In this document: positions 52,501 to 63,900 of the stretch, piece after piece
Numbering within the stretch: position 1 is the stretch's first letter
How the letters are laid out: each line of letters begins with the position of its first letter
Assembly: GCA_051546255.1 (NCBI GenBank)
Contig: CP128816.1
Span: 1,674,001-1,738,000 of the forward strand
DNA from: Meyerozyma guilliermondii
Lineage: Eukaryota
Direction of reading: 5' to 3'
DNA length: 64,000 nucleotides
The notes under the pieces: model-generated
Seen by the model: only the letters and a program-made list of their open reading frames with translations
Told to the model about the DNA's origin: nothing
Database searches by the model: none
Translations under genes and position numbers: made by a program

Positions 52501-52805
52501 TGATCGATTTGGATATGTCGTTCTGTGGATCAGCAGTCAGTGATTCTTCTTTGGTAGGAATCTCATTACACCTCAAAAATCTTCAACGTTTAGTTCTCCG
52601 TGGTTGTGTCAGAGTCACCAGAGCAGGGGTGGATGCATTATTAAGCGGATGTTCTCCTCTTAGCCATATCGATATCACCCAGTGCCGAAATGCTCATTTT
52701 TATCCAGGACGTATCCCAGCGCAAAAGTTGAACGTTAACCCAGAGACCAAATCTGCCTTTGTAACCGCTGGACCATTTCAGAATGTCATAGAGATTCTTC
52801 TCTAA
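49575..52805 (+). CDS. Protein with two cyclic-nucleotide-binding domains, an F-box and AMN1/Grr1-type LRRs
   Basis: CNB1 (FFGEIGILFNRPRTASV), CNB2 (YFGEMSFL...RSACIRS), F-box (LPDKILLKVFEFLPLPKLMKLRVISRRW) and cysteine-containing LRRs. The exact start among several ATGs is uncertain. Confidence 0.9.
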   Translation: MTYFRMYHQTPALHSSPVTATSSLRFCNMRLQRFGSQFTPSTPLPLSLDVSSKWRPQHDDKPRKKSKPTDDIERKTSSEFKSDHMPPVEVQDASKEQRDGNTTQERIDGKVTTESNGTANSEKVKVNEGTIKHTNDINNDITRDLRVSPSPSPEPETDRSPSPSLANSVPPEFLTILATFPLFKQAPTSFYTKVASKLTLMQYHPLDPIIKKGDPSKSMYWILRGTVGVTSTDGESLYAELVAGNFFGEIGILFNRPRTASVIARTKVLLGVLTLDALSQVLRSYPLIERRIRDEAQERLAMQDKKSKAEIPLIKGVHSQTRRLLPMIELPIPMSAVFASSLATAAIPVPGPALPPATHTSPLQFNTPAQDNVDSTISIQSFIMNIPIFSNLPPDIIHQLALGVEPVTFNSFEFIFHKGDEGSDIYFIVNGEIEVFDYVNNNTKIENILGRLGAGSYFGEMSFLHSLLNHEDKLLRSACIRSVTPVELIVIRSDLLENLCSRYPFIVDHMRQTANERNALNTTSTKLSLNMTTPIQSPRRLSLVQGEKTPALAIAAPRPPTPGMDFPFSSDWNFSFASQTGKHSRSISPVSADGPETAATSTSTFTKNDNSNGVTPVSRLSSETLTQDLRKRKSLPIEYAVPLTLPPPNPVLPSINSFQSMSNIGKNNFQYMPHNKRLRMASISNGRRRSSVLSNNGSLPDKILLKVFEFLPLPKLMKLRVISRRWRQLLHLSPNLVNTLDLRPWNTSIDDKALISITDFVGSRPTVIDLSNCFHVTDEGFSYMVNEIGMSGKLKVLRMKSNWEISAMAIMDLTVPSVGRYLEEIDLSNCRKVRDGVIERLIGWSNQSAVGEELRSLDDYTGDDIGCKNLKVLNVGYCKHVTDNVMYHIAENAAERLESLDLTRCTTITDKGFQSWTCKSFPNLRSLSLKDCTFLSDKSLIALANSATNLETLNLGFCCALTDLAVEVLCLGCPKLIDLDMSFCGSAVSDSSLVGISLHLKNLQRLVLRGCVRVTRAGVDALLSGCSPLSHIDITQCRNAHFYPGRIPAQKLNVNPETKSAFVTAGPFQNVIEILL

Positions 52806-52906
52806 TTCACCTGCGTGAAAGTGACTGAATGTCACATACATTTCTTCTTTTCAACCTTTGTATTATTGCGTGTATTTAGCATGAAGTTACAGGCACCAAC
52901 TTAAGT

Positions 52907-54646
52907 CTACTTCTTCTTTTTTTTCTTAGTTTTATCCTCCACATCAATGAAACTCACTGGTATACCTTTATCTTTATTGAGCAAATCCGTTATAAGTTTT
53001 GCATGTGGTCCTTGCACAGTAACCTCAGTGATGCTAGGGTTCTGGATACTTTGTCCAATAGTAGACGATCCTGAACATTTTGTTCGAAGTTCCTCTGCAA
53101 GAACATGAGGCTTAATGAAATAATGCTCGAAATTTTGAACTCTTGTGACTACTTTGCGTCCAAGTCTCATTTCGGTAATGATTGCGATTTTTGGTGGCTC
53201 GCCCTTGAACATCGCTCCTTTAGGTTCACCCGGTTTAACTATTGAATGGTTAACTGCGAAACTGGTTAAAAACGAAGAGTATAATTTGTCTCGTGGACAA
53301 CTTTCTTTGAGTCTAGTTGCAGCAGATAATTCATCATCAAGGCGCACAACTTTGGGATTCTTCTTATCCACTAAATCTGCAGCCTTAATGTAGTCATCGA
53401 GAACACGTCTAACTTCAACTGAAGTGTAGAAGTTATCAAATTCCTTATCAATTCGATTGAATATAGGGCGCAATTTGGATGTTGGCTTATAGAGATAAAC
53501 CACATTGAGCTCATGGTCTTTCTTTTTCTTTGTGGGTGGCTTGCTGGGGTTTGAAGTTGATTGCACAGTCTTGTGAGTAACAAAGTTTTGTATGGTTGGA
53601 TTCTCTTTCGAAATAAGACTTGTTACAGTGACATCATCGCCTTTACCTTTAGTGGTGAGATATCCCAACTTTTCAAGAGACTTGAGAAATTTGGCAGTCT
53701 TTTTCCACGATGTCTTTTTCACATTGCAATAGGAGGAATCCATAGCCGGTAAATTCTTTAAGACATGTGAAGACATGAAGGTGGAAGATGATACTGGAAG
53801 GTCAATGTTATCAACCTTAATTGCTTGAAGGGTCGCACGAATGAACAAATGATCCAAATCCTCTGTGGATATTCCAAATTCGATGTCGTCTTTATTTGTC
53901 TCCAGAGCCGACTCTTGAGTGGGCTCTTCTTCGGCATGAGAGTCGGAGGTAGCTTCTGTGACTGTTTCTGAGAAATCCGAGTTTTCAACGTTCTCTTCAT
54001 TACCTTCGAGAGTTTCGTCTTTATTACCGTTGTCTTGCTCGACAACTTTATCCAACGGATTATCCACATTGTCCGGTACTGCTATGTCCACCAACTTGTT
54101 GAGAGCCACAAGTTCGTCACTCATATGATGCAAAATTTCAACAGCGGTTCCTGTTCTTCCAACTACACTGGAAAACTGGGTAAGGTTGAGATTACATACT
54201 CCCACCGCTTTAATGACACTTGGATGCTTTGAATCCACAACACCCACCACTGTACCTTTGGAGCATCGAGAATCAAAAGGCGGTATGGTTCCCGGAAGCA
54301 TTAAATCAGCACCATTTTGGAGAACATCGATGACATGAGGATGAGTCATTACCGTAGGTAATAGCGGAAATTTCCACAATGTGAATACAGAGGGATGAAT
54401 CTTGCCTCCTCGGGGACGAAACCATGTCGGCGTCTCGTTTTCATCTCGGTATATGGTTCCACTAATGCCTTGAGGGCTTTTGAAAGTCGCTTGCTTCGTT
54501 GTCATAGGCAAAATTTGCACCTCCACATCCTTCAGAATGTTTTGTGGTTCGAGACCATAAGTACTACATATCTCCTGATATAGCTTGCGGCGCTCAGAGG
54601 ATTTAATGTTGGCTGAAGCCTTTGGTTGGGGGTTCTTTTTAAACAT
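52907..54646 (-). CDS. TMA64: eIF2D/ligatin homologue (PUA-SWIB-SUI1)
   Basis: MFKK...IKSSERRKL, NGADLMLPG (PUA), VKKTSWKK and SUI1 (GRKVVTRV...VQG.H). Confidence 0.92.
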   Translation of the reverse strand: MFKKNPQPKASANIKSSERRKLYQEICSTYGLEPQNILKDVEVQILPMTTKQATFKSPQGISGTIYRDENETPTWFRPRGGKIHPSVFTLWKFPLLPTVMTHPHVIDVLQNGADLMLPGTIPPFDSRCSKGTVVGVVDSKHPSVIKAVGVCNLNLTQFSSVVGRTGTAVEILHHMSDELVALNKLVDIAVPDNVDNPLDKVVEQDNGNKDETLEGNEENVENSDFSETVTEATSDSHAEEEPTQESALETNKDDIEFGISTEDLDHLFIRATLQAIKVDNIDLPVSSSTFMSSHVLKNLPAMDSSYCNVKKTSWKKTAKFLKSLEKLGYLTTKGKGDDVTVTSLISKENPTIQNFVTHKTVQSTSNPSKPPTKKKKDHELNVVYLYKPTSKLRPIFNRIDKEFDNFYTSVEVRRVLDDYIKAADLVDKKNPKVVRLDDELSAATRLKESCPRDKLYSSFLTSFAVNHSIVKPGEPKGAMFKGEPPKIAIITEMRLGRKVVTRVQNFEHYFIKPHVLAEELRTKCSGSSTIGQSIQNPSITEVTVQGPHAKLITDLLNKDKGIPVSFIDVEDKTKKKKKK

Positions 54647-54765
54647 ATAATTACCACAGACCTGGGCTTCGCAGCACCACCGGCTGCAAACTATGGGTGC
54701 ACCGGTGAAAACTCACAACTCCAATTTCCTTCGCAGTCAGAACACGTCTGGGAAGTGCAGTCAAT

Positions 54766-56262
54766 ATGAAGTCCAGTGAAGCTTCCGGAGTCAAGGAGGC
54801 CCGAAAAGGTCTTATTTTGTACGTGTTGGTGTTCGTGTTGTCCTTGGGGCTTCCATTGTACTTTGGGACCACCACAGTACATCGTGCCGATTTGCCAATT
54901 GATGAAATCAACACTCTATCGGACCACTTGTTCGACAAGATAGGTATAAATATACCCGTATACATTACCTCTGAATATGAAGCAGTGTCTGACTCATTCT
55001 TGGATCGGTTAAATGGAGATATCAGGTCAGAGTTGACGGCTAAACATCCCGTGTTGAATAACCTTTGGAGTCTCAACTTGAAACTCGATGCTCCAGATTC
55101 TGATTCAGAGGGCTACAGGGTGAACATCAAGAAGAAAACTGGCGACGAAAAGTTTCATATTCATGCCGATAAAAAGGAAATTGACATACATTCGACAGAC
55201 TTGGAATCGAGTGCTGAAATCGTTGAAGACGTTTTGCTTGGGGAAGTATTCCAATCTGAGATAGAAGAGGTCAGCAGAATCGTCTCTGGAAGCGGAAAAA
55301 GTGCTCATACTGCTCTTCCACATTCAGACGTGACTAATATCGTATTCTCTTTATTGGTTGAGGATGGAAAACCCGTTGCATGGGAAGTTGAAAACGTGAT
55401 AAAAAGATTTGATTCAGTACTCAAAAGTTTGGGTCATATTACAGAATTTCAAGTCAGCACCCAGATCCAGTACTATTCATCATTAACGCATAAACCGTTG
55501 TCCCTTATCAACGACCAAACCAAGTATATCATTGCTGAAGATGATCTCTCAACCTTCATTAATTATGGTGATTGGAATATCAACAACTACGATGTTCATC
55601 CTACTATCAATTTTTTGATTTATTTCCCCACTTGCAATTACGAGAATAAGCGTCTCTTGGTGCAGAACTCGGTGACAAACAGTTTCTTGGTTCCTCAATG
55701 GGGAGGTGTTCACATTTTTAACAAGAACTTCCCCATTTTGAGAAGGGAAGACCCAATCACAATTACCGAGTCAGAACTCGCACCAGTGTTTGAAATCTTT
55801 ACCGTGCAGCTTTTAAGGTTATTGGGAGCTCCTGAAAAGCCACACGCTCCAGTTATCAACATTGATGTCCTCACACGGCTTACTACGTTACAAAACTTGA
55901 AACGATCATTAGAGAACTTGAAATCACTTGTTAAAGTTACGGACTCATTAAGTGAGATCTCCATTCCTGACCAAACAAAACATTACGTTGCAGAATGTAT
56001 CACCGAAATAGAGCGAGCAATTGAAAACGCTAATGCCAATCTTAATGAAATAGCCGTCGAGGCGTCTACAAGGGCATTGTTACTTTCTGATTCAGCATTT
56101 TTTGACAAAGAGATGGTGCAACAGGCATACTTCCCAAGCGAGCATAAATTGGCGGTTTTTCTCCCATTGTTGGGACCAGTTGCATCAATAATCTTCTTGA
56201 GTCTTGTTAGGCTTTTTAAAGATTGGAAACAACAACGGAAAACGAATAAAAAAGAGACCTAG
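54766..56262 (+). CDS. GPI17: GPI transamidase subunit PIG-S
   Basis: N-terminal TM then GLPLY..TT.VHRADLP, SFLVPQWGGV and AFFDKEMVQQAYFPSEHKLAVFLPLLGP. Confidence 0.93.
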   Translation: MKSSEASGVKEARKGLILYVLVFVLSLGLPLYFGTTTVHRADLPIDEINTLSDHLFDKIGINIPVYITSEYEAVSDSFLDRLNGDIRSELTAKHPVLNNLWSLNLKLDAPDSDSEGYRVNIKKKTGDEKFHIHADKKEIDIHSTDLESSAEIVEDVLLGEVFQSEIEEVSRIVSGSGKSAHTALPHSDVTNIVFSLLVEDGKPVAWEVENVIKRFDSVLKSLGHITEFQVSTQIQYYSSLTHKPLSLINDQTKYIIAEDDLSTFINYGDWNINNYDVHPTINFLIYFPTCNYENKRLLVQNSVTNSFLVPQWGGVHIFNKNFPILRREDPITITESELAPVFEIFTVQLLRLLGAPEKPHAPVINIDVLTRLTTLQNLKRSLENLKSLVKVTDSLSEISIPDQTKHYVAECITEIERAIENANANLNEIAVEASTRALLLSDSAFFDKEMVQQAYFPSEHKLAVFLPLLGPVASIIFLSLVRLFKDWKQQRKTNKKET

Positions 56263-56342
56263 TTTGGCATGCTCCACATGCTAGGTGTGCGGATGCTCAA
56301 CGCGGTGGATTTTTTTCCATTGATTTGCATCACCACGGACCA

Positions 56343-57320
56343 ATGGGAAAGCTTTTGGTTAACACTCTCGGCCTTGGGGGTATAGGCATTGCATCATATT
56401 TTTGGGGCAAAAGCTCAGTACCTAATACACAGCTTCCCCTGCCACCCGCGAGTCCCAATTCCAGTTCCTCCAATTTACCAGCGCCTTATAAAGGTGGTAG
56501 AGAAGTAGGCAATTTTGACCCTGCAAGCATTAGGCCGCAAGATTTCTACAAATATGGGTTTCCTGGACCAATTCATGACTTGGAAAATCGCCAGGAATTT
56601 ATCAGCTGCTATAACAGAGCTACAAGAAACCCATATTGGGTCATCGAACACATCACCAAAGACTCGATTAAGTCTGTTGATGGAGTGAATAGAAAGCGGT
56701 CGATTTTCAAAGAAGACGAGAACATCCCATTCAAGTTTCGGAACAAATTGAGAGATTTTTTCAGAAGTGGGTACGATCGAGGACACCAGGCCCCAGCAGC
56801 GGATGCCAAATACTCCCAAAATGCCATGGATGAAACCTTTTACCTCAGCAACATATCACCACAAGTCGGAGACGGGTTTAACCGGGATTACTGGGCACAT
56901 TTCGAAGATTTTACCAGAAGACTTACTCAACGTTACGATAACGTTCGCATAATGACTGGTCCCTTATTTTTGCCAAAGCAAGATGAAGATGGTAAATTCA
57001 GAGTCACATACGAGGTCATCGGCTCACCTCCTAATATTGCAGTGCCAACTCATTTCTTCAAGCTTGTTGTTTGCGAAAATGAAAAGGACCCAAACATTCG
57101 CGTTGGAGCATTTGTTCTACCTAACACCCCCATAGATAACTCGGAACCGCTTACGAAGTTTCAGGTGCCTGTTGAAGCACTTGAAAGAGCCAGTGGGCTT
57201 GATCTCTTGCACAAGATTCCACCATTTCAACAAAAGGACTTATGCCGTGAGACCAAGTGTGAAATCATTGTCAGAGAATTTCCTCCCCGGAACGAAGTAC
57301 CAGCTTTACCAGGGAAGTAA
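56343..57320 (+). CDS. NUC1: Mitochondrial nuclease (endonuclease G)
   Basis: KYGFPGP, catalytic GYDRGHQAPAAD, TFYLSNISPQVG.GFNRDYW and VPTHFFK. ATG is at 56343. Confidence 0.96.
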   Translation: MGKLLVNTLGLGGIGIASYFWGKSSVPNTQLPLPPASPNSSSSNLPAPYKGGREVGNFDPASIRPQDFYKYGFPGPIHDLENRQEFISCYNRATRNPYWVIEHITKDSIKSVDGVNRKRSIFKEDENIPFKFRNKLRDFFRSGYDRGHQAPAADAKYSQNAMDETFYLSNISPQVGDGFNRDYWAHFEDFTRRLTQRYDNVRIMTGPLFLPKQDEDGKFRVTYEVIGSPPNIAVPTHFFKLVVCENEKDPNIRVGAFVLPNTPIDNSEPLTKFQVPVEALERASGLDLLHKIPPFQQKDLCRETKCEIIVREFPPRNEVPALPGK

Positions 57321-57936
57321 TTGTAAATAAAACTACGATTGCAAATGCATTGCCAAAAACTTAGCTTAGATAATAAAACCGCACTCTCATAGATAAGATA
57401 AATGTAACATTTGTCAAAACCACGTTTAAGTTTGTACCTTTTCAAGGTGGTCTGATTGCAGCCCAAACCTTATTTGAATCAACAGCTGGTCGTGCACCCA
57501 CACCAATCGGCGTTTAAACCTGCATTGTTGGGAGAAACTTACATAACTCGGAGTTTCTGAGACGCTCGGCCGCGCGATGGACCAAGACGCACGATTACCT
57601 AATATATGATGAATTGTCCCAACATCTTTTTTGTTGCAAATACCCAAAACTATTTTCCCATCAATTGGCTTCCAACACCCATTGAGTATATATACGCACA
57701 AGGGTCGCTACATTGTTTAGATTAATTTTTCTCTTTTTGCATTAGGATATACTATCATAGGTGTATTCGTTGTTTCCCACGTTTTTGCCAGATCCACTTT
57801 CCGTACCACATTGTTAAGTGTTGAGCAGCTTTAAACTCAAAAAGTGAAAATTAATTTTATCAATTCATTGCAAACTTGAGCCAAAATTAATACCGAATTG
57901 GACCTATAACCTCAATAATAGACACAAACATCTAAA

Positions 57937-60900
57937 ATGGCCACATCGCTTCGTCCTTTTTCGTTAACTCACGGAGCTATAGAACATACCTGTTTGGTAC
58001 CTACAAACCTTTTTTTCAGCTTTTCCCAGCTTAAAGAGCAGTTTGTAAAGGTGCTTCCCGAAGCTACTGAGGGTAATGCCGGCGACAATGAACCAGCATC
58101 TCCTGCGGAGTTATTCGCCAAGTTTTTGGGTTACACTGCCTCCTTGGTGGATCCCGCATCCCCTGGTCAATTTGATCAAGTCTTAAAATTGTCACTTCAG
58201 GATTTTGAGTCGAGATTCTTGTCCAATAATTCTGATGTGCATTCCTTGGCTGCCCAATTGCTTGCAGATGACGTCAATTACCCAACTACCACCGCCAAAG
58301 TGAAGGATGTGATCACCAACTATTATACTGCAGTGATCAATTCCAATACTTCTATCCCAAAGTCTGAGTCCGACTTGTTGAGACACTCCATTAATAACAA
58401 ATCCAACACCTCCGCTCAAAAGGCAGAGATCATCGCTTTGTTTGGTGGACAGGGAAATACCGATGAGTATTTCGAGGAGTTGAGAGACTTGTACCGTATG
58501 TACAACGGATTGGTCAAGGAATTGCTCGACAAAGTCGCTACCAGATTGAACAAATTGGTCAAATCCACCGAGAATGTCGACAAAATCTATACCCAAGGTT
58601 TCGATGTTTTAAAATGGTTGCTGAAACCAGAGCAAACTCCTGATCAAGATTACTTGTTGTCTGTCCCAGTGTCGTGTCCATTGATCTGTGTCATTCAGTT
58701 GTGTCACTACACGGTGACATGTAAGACTTTGGGTTTGACCCCAGGAGACCTTAGACAATACTTGTCAGGTACCACTGGTCACTCGCAAGGTTTGGTTACT
58801 TCGTTGGCCTTGGCTTCCTCCGATTCTTGGGAATCATTCTATGATAATGCCTTGAAGGCCGTATCTATATTGTTCTTCATTGGAACGAGATCGTTGATGG
58901 CCTACCCAAGAACTACCTTACCACCAACAATGTTGCAAGACTCTCTTGAAAACGGCGAAGGAAGACCATCTCCTATGTTGTCTGTTAGAGACTTGTCTAT
59001 CGAAGAAGTCGAATCTTTCATTGGTCAAACCAACAAGCACTTGCCTCAAGAGAAGCATGTTGGTATCTCCTTGATCAATGGTGCTAGAAATCTCGTGGTG
59101 TCCGGTCCCCCAGAGTCTTTGTATGGATTGAACTTGACTTTGAGATCGAAGAAGGCTCCAGCAGGTTTGGAACAAGCTAGAGTGCCATTTTCTGAAAGAA
59201 AATTGAAATTTTCCAACAGATTCTTGCCAATCTTTTCTCCATTCCACTCTCATCTTTTGGCTGATGCAACTGAGGTTATTTTGGATGACTTGGAAGCTAA
59301 CGGTGTCTCGTTGAAGAAGAGCGATTTGCAGATTCCTGTCTATGATACATTCAGTGGTCAAAATCTTCAAGACTTTGATGAGTCCTCTGGTGAAACCGTT
59401 GTGGCTCGTGTGATCAGATGCATCACCGAATTGAAGGTCAACTGGGAAAGTGCCACCAACTTTAAGTCTACCCACTTGTTAGACTTTGGTCCTGGTGGTG
59501 TTTCTGGATTGGGTGTTTTGACCCACCGTAACAAAGACGGAACCGGATCCAGAATTATCATTGCAGGTACTTTGGAGACCAACTCGCCCGATGATGAATA
59601 CGGATTCAAGCAAGAAATTTTCTGCAAAGCTGAGAACTCTATCAAATGGGCTCCCAACTGGTTGAAGGAATTCAAGCCAAAGTTGACCAAGACCAAGAAC
59701 GGTAAGGTCTTCGTCGATACCAAATTCTCCAGACTTTTAGGAAGACCTCCTCTCATGGTTCCAGGTATGACTCCCACTACCGTCAATCCTGATATCGTGG
59801 CTGCTACGATCAATGCTGGTTACCACATTGAGATTGCAGGTGGAGGTTACTTTAGTGCTGGTCATATGGAAGGCGCTCTCAAACAGGTTGAAGCAAAGAT
59901 TGCTCCAGGCTCTGGTATTGGTATCAACTTGATTTACGTAAACCCTAGAATGCTTCAATGGGGTATTCCATTGATCAAGGAATTGAGAGAGAAAGGCTTC
60001 CCAATTCAATCCATGTCTATTGGTGCTGGTGTTCCTTCTTTGGAAGTTGCTACAGAGTACATTGAGACGTTGGGATTGACTCATTTGGGATTGAAGCCAG
60101 GATCCATTGACGCAATCTCCCAATGTATCACTATTGCTAAGGCTCATCCTGAATTCCCTATCGTTGTGCAATGGACTGGTGGTAGAGGTGGTGGCCATCA
60201 CTCTTATGAGGATTTCCATCAACCTATCTTGCAAATGTACTCCAAGATTAGAAAATGTTCCAACATTATCTTGGTCGCCGGCTCAGGTTTCGGTTCCGAC
60301 GAGGATACTTATCCATACTTGACTGGTTCTTGGTCCGAACATTTCAACTACCCACCAATGCCTTATGATGGTGTTTTGTTTGGTTCTAGAATGATGACCG
60401 CTAAGGAAGCTCATACTTCTTTGGACGCCAAGAAGGCTATCGCTGCCTGTACCGGTGTTCCAGATGGTGAATGGGAGAAGTCCTACAAGAAGCCAACTGG
60501 AGGTATCATCACTGTTAGATCGGAAATGGGCGAACCAATCCACAAGATTGCCACCAGGGGTGTTTTGTTCTGGAAGGAGATGGATGACTCCATCTTCAAT
60601 CTTCCAAAGAACAAAATGCTTGAAGCTTTGACAAAGAAGAAAGACTATATCATCAGCAAGTTGAACAAAGACTACCAAAAGCCATGGTTTGGTGTGAATG
60701 CGGAGGGTGTTTGTGATTTGCAAGACATGACATACCAGGAAGTCGCCAACAGATTGGTTGAGTTGATGTACATCAAAAAGTCTAAGAGATGGATTGATAT
60801 TTCGTTGAGAAACTTCTATGGAGACATCTTGAGACGTATTGAGGAGCGTTTCACCTCTGAGCCCAGCAAAAAGTCAGTTATCCAAAACTACGCACAGCTT

Positions 60901-63900
60901 CAAGAAGATCCTCAAGCTTTCACCGACAAGTTCTTTGAGTACTACCCAATGGCCAAGAACCAATTGATCAATGAAGAGGACTGTGATTACTTCTTGATTT
61001 GTTGCCAGCGTCCTACTCAAAAGCCTGCACCATTTGTGCCAGTTCTTGATGAAAGATTCGAGTTTTTCTTCAAGAAGGATTCTTTGTGGCAATCTGAAGA
61101 TTTGGAAGCTGTTGTGGATGAAGACGTTCAACGTACTTGTATTTTGCATGGCCCTGTTGCTGCTCAGTTCACCACCAAGGTTAATGAACCTGTGAAGGAG
61201 ATTTTGGATTCGATTCATGAGGGACACATTAGAAGGTTGATTGCGGACGATTACGCCAACGATGAGTCCAAGATTCCTGTTGTGGAGTACTTTGGTGGAA
61301 AGAATGCTGTTCCTTACAAACCAATTCCAGGAGTTGTCAGAGAGGTTTCCGGATCGAAGATCACCTTCAAGGTGACTAGTCCAATTACCAGCAAAAATGA
61401 TTGGTTGCAAGCTATTGCTGGTGAGAAATTGAACTGGCTTCACGCCTTTATCACAACCGACAGGGTTGTTCAGGGCCTGAACCATGTCAAGAACTCATTC
61501 CACGATATCTTGATTCCTCCAGTGAACCTGGTGGTTGAGATTGAAAATGAGTCGAGTGACAAGATCAAGCTCACCCTCCTCGAGTCTATCCGTGACGACT
61601 TGAAGCCTGTTGTCGAAATCAAGCTTGTTGAGAATGGTCTTATTCAAAGCTCTTTGATTGAACACAGAACTGCCGATGGAAAGCCCGCTTACTTGAACTT
61701 CCTCTACAAGTTCAATCCACGCGATGGTTTTGCTCCTATCTCGGAGGTTATGGATGGTCGCAACGATAGAATCAAGAACTTCTACTGGCAATTGTGGTTT
61801 GGCTCGCAGATTAGTCCCGATTTCAACATTGATGTTGAGAAGATCATCCCTGGTGACAAGACCACTATTTCCGGCAAGCTCATCTCGGAGTTCACCCATG
61901 CTATCGGAAACAAGTGTGATGCCTTTGTATCCAGACCAGGCAAACCTACTTTGGCTCCAATGGATTTTGCAATTGTTATTGGATGGAAGGCTATCATGAA
62001 AGCGATTTTCCCCAAGACAATCGATGGTGATTTGTTGCGTTTGGTTCACATGTCCAATGGTTACAAGATGATTCCAGGTGCTTCTCCTTTGCAGAAGGAC
62101 GACGTGGTATCGTCCAGTGCCGAGATCAAGGCTGTCGTCAATCAGCCATCTGGAAAGATGGTGGAAGTCGTTGGTACTATCACTAGAGATGGTAAGCCAG
62201 TGATGGAAGTCACTTCCCAGTTCTTGTACCGTGGTGAGTATGTTGATTTTGAGAACACTTTCCAGAAGACCACCGAGACTCCAATGCAAGTCTCTTACAA
62301 GTCTGCTAAGGACGTTGCCATTCTTACTTCTAAGGAGTGGTTCCACTTGGAGAAGGAGGTCAATTTGATGGGTCAAGATTTGACTTTCCGTTGTGAATCT
62401 GTCTACAAGTTCAAATCCGCAAATGTGTACTCTTCAATTCGTACAACTGGTCAAGTGTACTTGGAACTTCCCTCAAAGGAGGTTATTCAAATTGGTTCAG
62501 TCGATTATGAAGCCGGTAAGTCTTACGGTAACCCAGTTACCGACTATTTGTCGAGAAACGGAAACTCAATCGAACAGGCCGTCAAGTTCGAGAATGCTAT
62601 CCCAATTTCCTCCGGTGAAGAGTTGACCTCAAAGGCTCCAAGTACCAATGAACCTTATGCTAAGGTATCTGGTGATTACAATCCAATCCATGTTTCAAGA
62701 GTGTTTGCCTCCTACGCCAATTTGCCTGGAACTATCACTCACGGTATGTACTCCTCGGCTTCTATCAGAGCTTTGGTCGAAGAGTGGGCTGCTAATAACA
62801 TTGCCTCCAGAGTTAGAGCTTTCAAGAGTGACTTTGTCGGAATGGTCCTTCCTAACGACACCTTGCAAACTACTTTGGAACATATCGGTATGATCAATGG
62901 TCGTAAGATCATCAAGGTTGAGACAAGAAATGTTGATGCTGATATGACTGTCTTGATCGGAGAGGCTGAAATTGAACAACCAATTACCACTTACGTTTTC
63001 ACAGGACAAGGATCCCAAGAGCAAGGTATGGGTATGGACTTGTACAACTCTTCAGCTGTTGCCAGAGAAGTATGGGACAGAGCTGATCGTCACTTTGTTG
63101 ATAACTATGGATTCTCCATTCTCAACATTGTGAAGAATAACCCTAACGAGTTGACAATTCACTTTGGTGGTCCAAAGGGTAGAAAGATCAGAGACAACTA
63201 CATTGGAATGATGTTCGAGACCATTGCTGAAGACGGGTCAATTAAATCTGAGAAGATTTTCAAAGACATTGACCACAACACAACCTCGCATACTTTTGTT
63301 TCGCCAACTGGTTTGTTGTCTGCTACACAGTTCACCCAACCTGCTTTGACCTTGATGGAGAAGGCTTCTTATGAAGATATCAAGTCGAAGGGATTGGTAC
63401 CAGAAAACATCATGTTTGCTGGTCACTCCTTGGGTGAATATTCTGCTTTGTCCTCTTTGGCAAATGTCATGCCTATTGAGTCATTGGTGGATGTTGTGTT
63501 CTACCGTGGTATGACCATGCAAGTCGCAGTTCCAAGAGACGAATTTGGAAGATCCAACTATGGTATGTGTGCTGTGAATCCTTCCAGAATTGACCCCACT
63601 TTCAATGATGCTGCGTTGCGTTTCGTTGTTGAAGAAGTTGCTTCTACTACTGGATGGCTCTTGGAAATTGTGAATTACAACGTCGAGAACACCCAATATG
63701 TCACTGCTGGTGACTTGAGAGCCTTGGATACCTTGACAAACGTGCTCAATGTCTTGAAATTGAACAAGATCAACATCGTCAAGTTGCAAGAAACCTTGAG
63801 TATTGAAGAAGTCAAGAAACACTTGAAGGATATCATTGACGAGGTTTCAGCTAAATCCAGTGCAAAGCCTCAGCCAATTGACTTGGAAAGAGGGTTCGCT

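Noticed and set aside
58192..63822. Many minus-strand ORFs of up to 293 aa
   Set aside because: They are antisense shadows of the highly codon-biased FAS1 and carry no recognisable motifs.
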